A stretch of 64,000 bases of DNA from Candidatus Multivorans sp. (GTDB lineage Bacteria; Acidobacteriota; Thermoanaerobaculia; Multivoradales; Multivoraceae): NCBI GenBank assembly GCA_965247095.1, contig OZ251997.1, positions 1,856,001-1,920,000 on the forward strand, given 5' to 3'. Shown piece by piece: positions 59,584-64,000 of this stretch (positions are counted from its first letter, which is position 1; every line of letters starts with the position of its first letter). Below the pieces are notes generated by a model. The model saw only the letters and a program-made list of their open reading frames with translations, did no database searches and was not told the origin of the DNA. The position numbers and the translations under genes were made by a program.

Positions 59584-60848
59584 CCGACTCTTCTCCTGAA
59601 CGAGAGGTCGAAGTTCACGTCGACCTCAAAGGCCTGCCGCACCGCGTAGGACTCCTGCGCCGCCATGCCAGCAGGCAGCGCGCCGACGCCTTGACCTTCG
59701 AGTACGACAGGGCCTGGCTCGAGGACGACCGGCGCTTTCCGCTCGATCCCGCTCTTCCCATGACACTCGGCCTCTTTGAAGCGAACCGAAGAGGGCGCCT
59801 CGCCGGAGCGATCGGCGACGCCGCTCCCGACACCTGGGGCCGGCAGTTGATGCAGCGGGCCGCACGGCGCCGAGCTGATCGGGACGGCGAGCGCGTACGG
59901 AGCCCGCACGAACTGGACTATCTGCTCGGTGTCACGGACGAGGTGAGGACAGGTGCGCTTCGGTTTCGAGTCAGCGGCCGAGCCCGATTCGAGGCCCGGT
60001 CAGACACTGGAGTGCCAGCGCGTGTCGCCCTCCGCCGACTGTCGAGCATCGTCGACCGCCTGCTCCGCGGAGAAGAGTCCGACGAAGACCTCCGCCTGCT
60101 CCTGGCGGCCGGCTCCTCGCTCGGCGGCGCTCGACCCAAGGCCGCAGTGCTCGACCAGCGCGGCCAACTCTCCATCGCCAAGTTCCCCCGGGAGACCGAC
60201 GAGTACAGCATCGAGACCTGGGAAGAAGTGGCGCTGCAACTCGCGGAGCGGGCTGGCATCGCTACACCGCACCACGAACTCGTCAGTTTCGCGGATCGGG
60301 CGATCCTCCTTTCACGCCGTTTCGACCGGATCGGTGCCGTCCGAATCCCCTTCCTCTCGGCCATGTCTCTCACGGACTCGGTCGACGGAGAACCCGGTAG
60401 CTACCCCGAAATCGTCGACGAGATCGCCCGGCACGGCGCTCGGGCCAAGTCCGACTCCATCGCTCTATACCGGCGAATGGCCTTCAACGTACTGATCTCG
60501 AACGTCGACGACCATCTTCGCAACCACGGCTTTCTGCGCCGGGAACGCAGTGGCTGGTCGCTCTCGCCCGTCTACGACCTGAACCCGACGCCAGCCGATG
60601 TCAAGGCGCGTATCCTGACCACCCGAATCGATCTCGACGACGGAACCTGCTCCCTCGACCTGGTCCTGAGCGCGTCCGCCTACTTCGGGCTTTCACTGCC
60701 TGCTGCCCGCGACATCGTGACGGAAGTAGCCAAGGCCGTCCAGAACTGGCGGAGAGTAGCCCGCGCAGTGGGGGCGCCACACCCAGAGATCGATCGCATG
60801 GCCAGCGCCTTCGAGCACGACGACCTCGCACGGGCGCTCGTGATGTGA
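59580..60848 (+). CDS. hipA: HipA-family kinase toxin
   Basis: PDTWG, SLGGARPK, RFDR, NVDDHLRNHGF, LSPVYD. Confidence 0.93.
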   Translation: MTDSSPEREVEVHVDLKGLPHRVGLLRRHASRQRADALTFEYDRAWLEDDRRFPLDPALPMTLGLFEANRRGRLAGAIGDAAPDTWGRQLMQRAARRRADRDGERVRSPHELDYLLGVTDEVRTGALRFRVSGRARFEARSDTGVPARVALRRLSSIVDRLLRGEESDEDLRLLLAAGSSLGGARPKAAVLDQRGQLSIAKFPRETDEYSIETWEEVALQLAERAGIATPHHELVSFADRAILLSRRFDRIGAVRIPFLSAMSLTDSVDGEPGSYPEIVDEIARHGARAKSDSIALYRRMAFNVLISNVDDHLRNHGFLRRERSGWSLSPVYDLNPTPADVKARILTTRIDLDDGTCSLDLVLSASAYFGLSLPAARDIVTEVAKAVQNWRRVARAVGAPHPEIDRMASAFEHDDLARALVM

Positions 60849-60944
60849 TCGCCAAGGCGGAGCGGGCGCCGCCAAGCAGAATGCACTACCACTGAGCTGA
60901 AACGGCTCAGTCTTGCCTCAAACTGCGGCCGATAAGCTGCCGCG

Positions 60945-62020
60945 ATGTCTCGCACTTCCCCTCTGCTCTCGACCCTCCTCCTGCTCGCCGCGGCAACCAC
61001 CAACACCGTTCCGGCCCAGGACTACGGCAGCCGCGGCAACCTGGGCGCCACGGCGACCGCCGAGGAACGCGCCGAGATCGAGGCTCTCTACGAGCGCTTC
61101 GTCCCGTACATCGACAAGGCGCGCACCGAGCTGACGATGGTTCGGGAGACGGTGGCCTACGCCGAGACGCGCGGGTTCCGCGAGTGGGATCCGGCGATCA
61201 GCGAAGTCAGTCCCGGCGACCGCTTCTACGCCGTGAACCGGGACCGGACGATGCTGCTCTGGGTGGTCGGAACGGAGCCGCTCGCGTCCGGGATGCGTCT
61301 GATCAACAGTCACATCGACTCGGTGCGGTTGGAGCTCAACCCCATCCGCTGACGAAGAAGAAGGGCGTGGCGGTCCTGGACACTTTGGTCCACGGCGGCG
61401 TCAATGCCTACCAGTGGGTGAACGTGCCGCTCGGCCTCACCGGCAGGGTCGACAAGAAGGACGGCTCCGTGGTCTGGATCGACTACGGCTTCGACGCCGA
61501 AGACCCGGTCCTGCCGATTCCCGACCTCGCCCTCCACGTCGACCGGGACTTCCGCTCGCGGACTCGGGCCGAGGCGATCAAGCGCGAGGAGGTCGACCCG
61601 CTGATCAACTCGGCGCCGGCGCCCGGCGGGGAGGACGACGCCGAGAGCGAAGGAGAGGGCGACGGGGACGACACGAATGCCGCGGCCACCGACGCCATGG
61701 CCCCAGGCATCCGACAACGCCTCCCTTCTTCACCACGGCCTGGTGATCAAGCTCTACGGCGCCGGCTGCAGCGCGAACAGCGAGTACACGGCCAGGCTGC
61801 GCCGGATGCTCGATAACGCGAACGTCGCCTGGCAGAGCCACACCTACAAGGCCGGCTACGGCGGCGGCACGGTCGCCCGCTACTTCAGCGCGATGAACAT
61901 GGATGTCACCGACTGGGGAGTCGGCATCCTCTCCATGCACAGCACCTACAGCGTCGCCTCGAAGGCCGACCTGTGGGCGCTCTATGAGGGGTTCGTCGCG
62001 TTCTTCGAGTCGCAGGGGAT
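60945..62020 (+). pseudogene. M18-family aminopeptidase, frameshifted with internal deletion
   Basis: SHIDS, GGV..YQW, IPDLALH, GGGTVA, LSMHS; breaks near 61345 and 61705. Confidence 0.85.
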
Positions 62021-62027
62021 CAGGGGA

Positions 62028-62216
62028 TCAGGGGATCAACTCGATCCCAAGGTCCGAACAGATCTTGCGCGCCAAAACGTTCCGTATCTCGGTATGCCGT
62101 GGAACCGCACTGCGGCGGTCCCCAGCCTGGTTCCGCCACCAGGAGTGGCGTCTCCCTTCACGGACCAACTCGCAACCTTGTCTCCGAAGGTGTCACAGAA
62201 GGGCTCTGCGCTTCAT
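62028..62216 (-). pseudogene. hicA: HicA toxin with in-frame TGA at codon 8
   Basis: MKRRALL*HLRRQGCELVREGRRHSWW..VPRHTEI..ARKICSDLGI; missing from the ORF track. Confidence 0.88.
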
Positions 62217-62425
62217 GCAACAACGACCTTCTCCAGCTTGTAGCCCTCACCTGCTGCGGCAAGCGCATCCTCGCGATTGAACTCCAACGCCTCGTTCAGA
62301 GTGATGGCCAACGTCTCCAACAACTCGTCGTGGCTTCGCTCCTGGCAGTTCACGCCTGGCACTTCTTCGATCCAGCCGATCCACCAGTCGCCGTCACGTT
62401 TGACGATCGCGGTGTACTCCTGCAT
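62213..62425 (-). CDS. hicB: HicB antitoxin
   Basis: YTAIVKRDGDWWIGWIEEVPGVNCQ; ATGA overlap with hicA. Confidence 0.9.
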   Translation of the reverse strand: MQEYTAIVKRDGDWWIGWIEEVPGVNCQERSHDELLETLAITLNEALEFNREDALAAAGEGYKLEKVVVA

Positions 62426-62918
62426 CTCCTCCGTCCTCCTCTCTCGAAGACAACCGTGACCGGTGCATCTGCCGCCCCTTCCGTGCTGCAGGCCGAGAGA
62501 GCACCTGATCCGGCCAGCAAGAGCGACTCTACCGGGTCGCAGCGGCAACAAGAGTCGACGCAACGACCCACTGCCGAATCTCAGGAGCGGCGAAGGCGAA
62601 AGCGAAACGGCCTCGGGCCGGCGAGGAACGACAGACCGATCAAAGCCCAACCGACGGATGCGGCCGTGGCAAAGAACTCCTCAAAGCCCACCGCCGCCAG
62701 CAGGGCGGCCGCACCGCCCAATCCGACCGAACGAAGGCAAGACGGCCGGCCCCCGAAGGGACCGGCCGCCAGACTGTCAAGGCCCGCCGAACTGCGTCCG
62801 GCGGACCGATCTGACGAAGGCGCCTACTCGCCGCCGCCCGCCGAGATCATCAGCACCGAGCCCTGACGGTGCTCGGCGTGACGCGAGGGAGCGTTCGAGT
62901 TCGTGGTCCAGACGTTGC

Positions 62919-63270
62919 CGGCCTCGTGATCAAGCTCTACGCCGCCGGCCGCAGCGCGAATAGCGAGTACGTCGCCCACGGCAGCGAGCCCCCGACCAGA
63001 GTCAAGGAGACGGACGTCGTGCTCTCGAACTCCCTGCGGTACTCGTTCTACGAGTCTGGGCCGTAGGACGGTGCTGAGCCCCAGCAAGGTGGGGCTGGGT
63101 TGAACCTCCGCCGCGTGTGTCTTCTTCGTGCCACATTATCTCCTGTGCTAGGCACTAGTTATAGGCCACCATGCCGACACCGCACTATCCACCGGCCGCC
63201 GTCCAGCGGACCGGGATGGGCATCTGCGCCAGCGTACTGCCCGCGGTCGGGCTGCTTTACGAACTCGGCG
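62919..63270 (+). pseudogene. Mosaic of diverged fragments: M18 peptidase, DUF481 3' end, hipB promoter and 5' part
   Basis: 62919-62970 matches 61736-61787; 62969-63054 matches 58302-58387; 63118-63270 matches 59198-59480 with an internal deletion. Confidence 0.88.
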
Positions 63271-63337
63271 ACAATCGCAGACTTGACTTGAAAGAAATCG
63301 CGAACTATGGTTCCTCCCAGTTCACTGAAAAGCTGCC

Positions 63338-63407
63338 AATGCACTCATGCACTAATGCACTATCGCTAATGTGTCGAGGCGGCAATGCGCTAATGCTAGT
63401 GCGCTAA
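63338..63407. promoter_or_regulatory. Octamer repeat array upstream of TonB receptor
   Basis: AATGCACT CATGCACT AATGCACT .. AATGCGCT AATGCT AGTGCGCT, followed by SD GGAGG. Confidence 0.55.
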
Positions 63408-63420
63408 CGGAGGTGGAAAT

Positions 63421-64000
63421 ATGCTGTCTTCTTCTCGCATGGCTACTCCGGCTGGTCTCGTCATTCTGGCGCTTCTGGCGGCAACGCCTATCTACGCCCA
63501 AAACGTTGGAACGGTACGCGGCACGGTCACCTCGCCGGATGGCGAACCGCTTCCGGGTGTGCTGGTGCAGGTCACGGGAGAAATCGTCCGTGGCGAACGC
63601 ACCTCGATCACCGGAGCCACTGGGGAGTACTTGATCCCAGGTCTGCCGCCCGGGCTGGTGACGGTGACCGGGACGCTTGAGGGGCTCCGGCCCGACACGG
63701 TCGAAGGGGTCCGAGTCTCCATCTCCGGCGTGGCCACCGTGAACCTCACGATGCGGCCCGCGGACGTGGCCGAGGCGATCACCGTAACCTCGGAGGCGCC
63801 CATTCTCGATGTGACGAGTTCTTCCGTCAGCACCAACTACCAGGCAGAGATGATCGACGCTCTGCCGACGACGACGCGCAACTACCAGGAGATCGCCCTG
63901 CTGGCCCCTGGCGTGAACGCGATAGGTCGCGTCGGAGGCGTCGGGGAGTATCAGGGGTTCATCTCGGCGTACGGTCGCGACCTAGGGTCACTGGGGTGGA
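63421..64000 (+). CDS. TonB-dependent receptor (Oar-like), N-terminal part
   Basis: SD plus ATG, signal peptide, GTVRGTVTSPDGEPLPGV, EAITVTSEAPILD, RNYQEIALLAPGV. Confidence 0.88.
   Translation, partial: MLSSSRMATPAGLVILALLAATPIYAQNVGTVRGTVTSPDGEPLPGVLVQVTGEIVRGERTSITGATGEYLIPGLPPGLVTVTGTLEGLRPDTVEGVRVSISGVATVNLTMRPADVAEAITVTSEAPILDVTSSSVSTNYQAEMIDALPTTTRNYQEIALLAPGVNAIGRVGGVGEYQGFISAYGRDLGSLGW

Noticed and set aside
60891-60911. Hairpin ACTGAGCTG-AAA-CGGCTCAGT as a riboswitch
   Set aside because: Single short stem with no recognisable aptamer; could be a terminator-like hairpin.

Overview
High-GC bacterial chromosome segment. The gene repertoire suggests Acidobacteriota, probably Thermoanaerobaculia (inference only): Oar-like TonB receptors, a PQQ-type beta-propeller, sulfatases, and a repeated 'LCL..GRF.V...W / FFSPxNxEL..K.LDG' surface domain. 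Core content is alkylation repair (ogt, alkA), sqdB with glycosyltransferases, metX, mltA, a TonB receptor-sulfatase-FGE-TetR block, a YbbAP-like ABC pair and several catabolic enzymes. Three accessory zones interrupt it. (1) 3.1-7.6 kb: an IS3 element carrying a second nested IS, flanked by halves of two different genes, plus Uma2. (2) 21-30 kb: TA genes, a structured ncRNA candidate and a decayed P4-like integrase island with AIPR and DUF429 cargo. (3) 58-63 kb: a TA cluster (phd-vapC, hipBA, broken hicBA). The most unusual signal recurs: TA cassettes follow intact host genes, and diverged, decaying duplicates of those genes' ends lie on the far side of the cassette, with no dedicated recombinase in the cassette. 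Two families of dispersed palindromic repeats are present. No rRNA, clear tRNA or CRISPR array was seen. All calls come from reading by eye; no searches were run.
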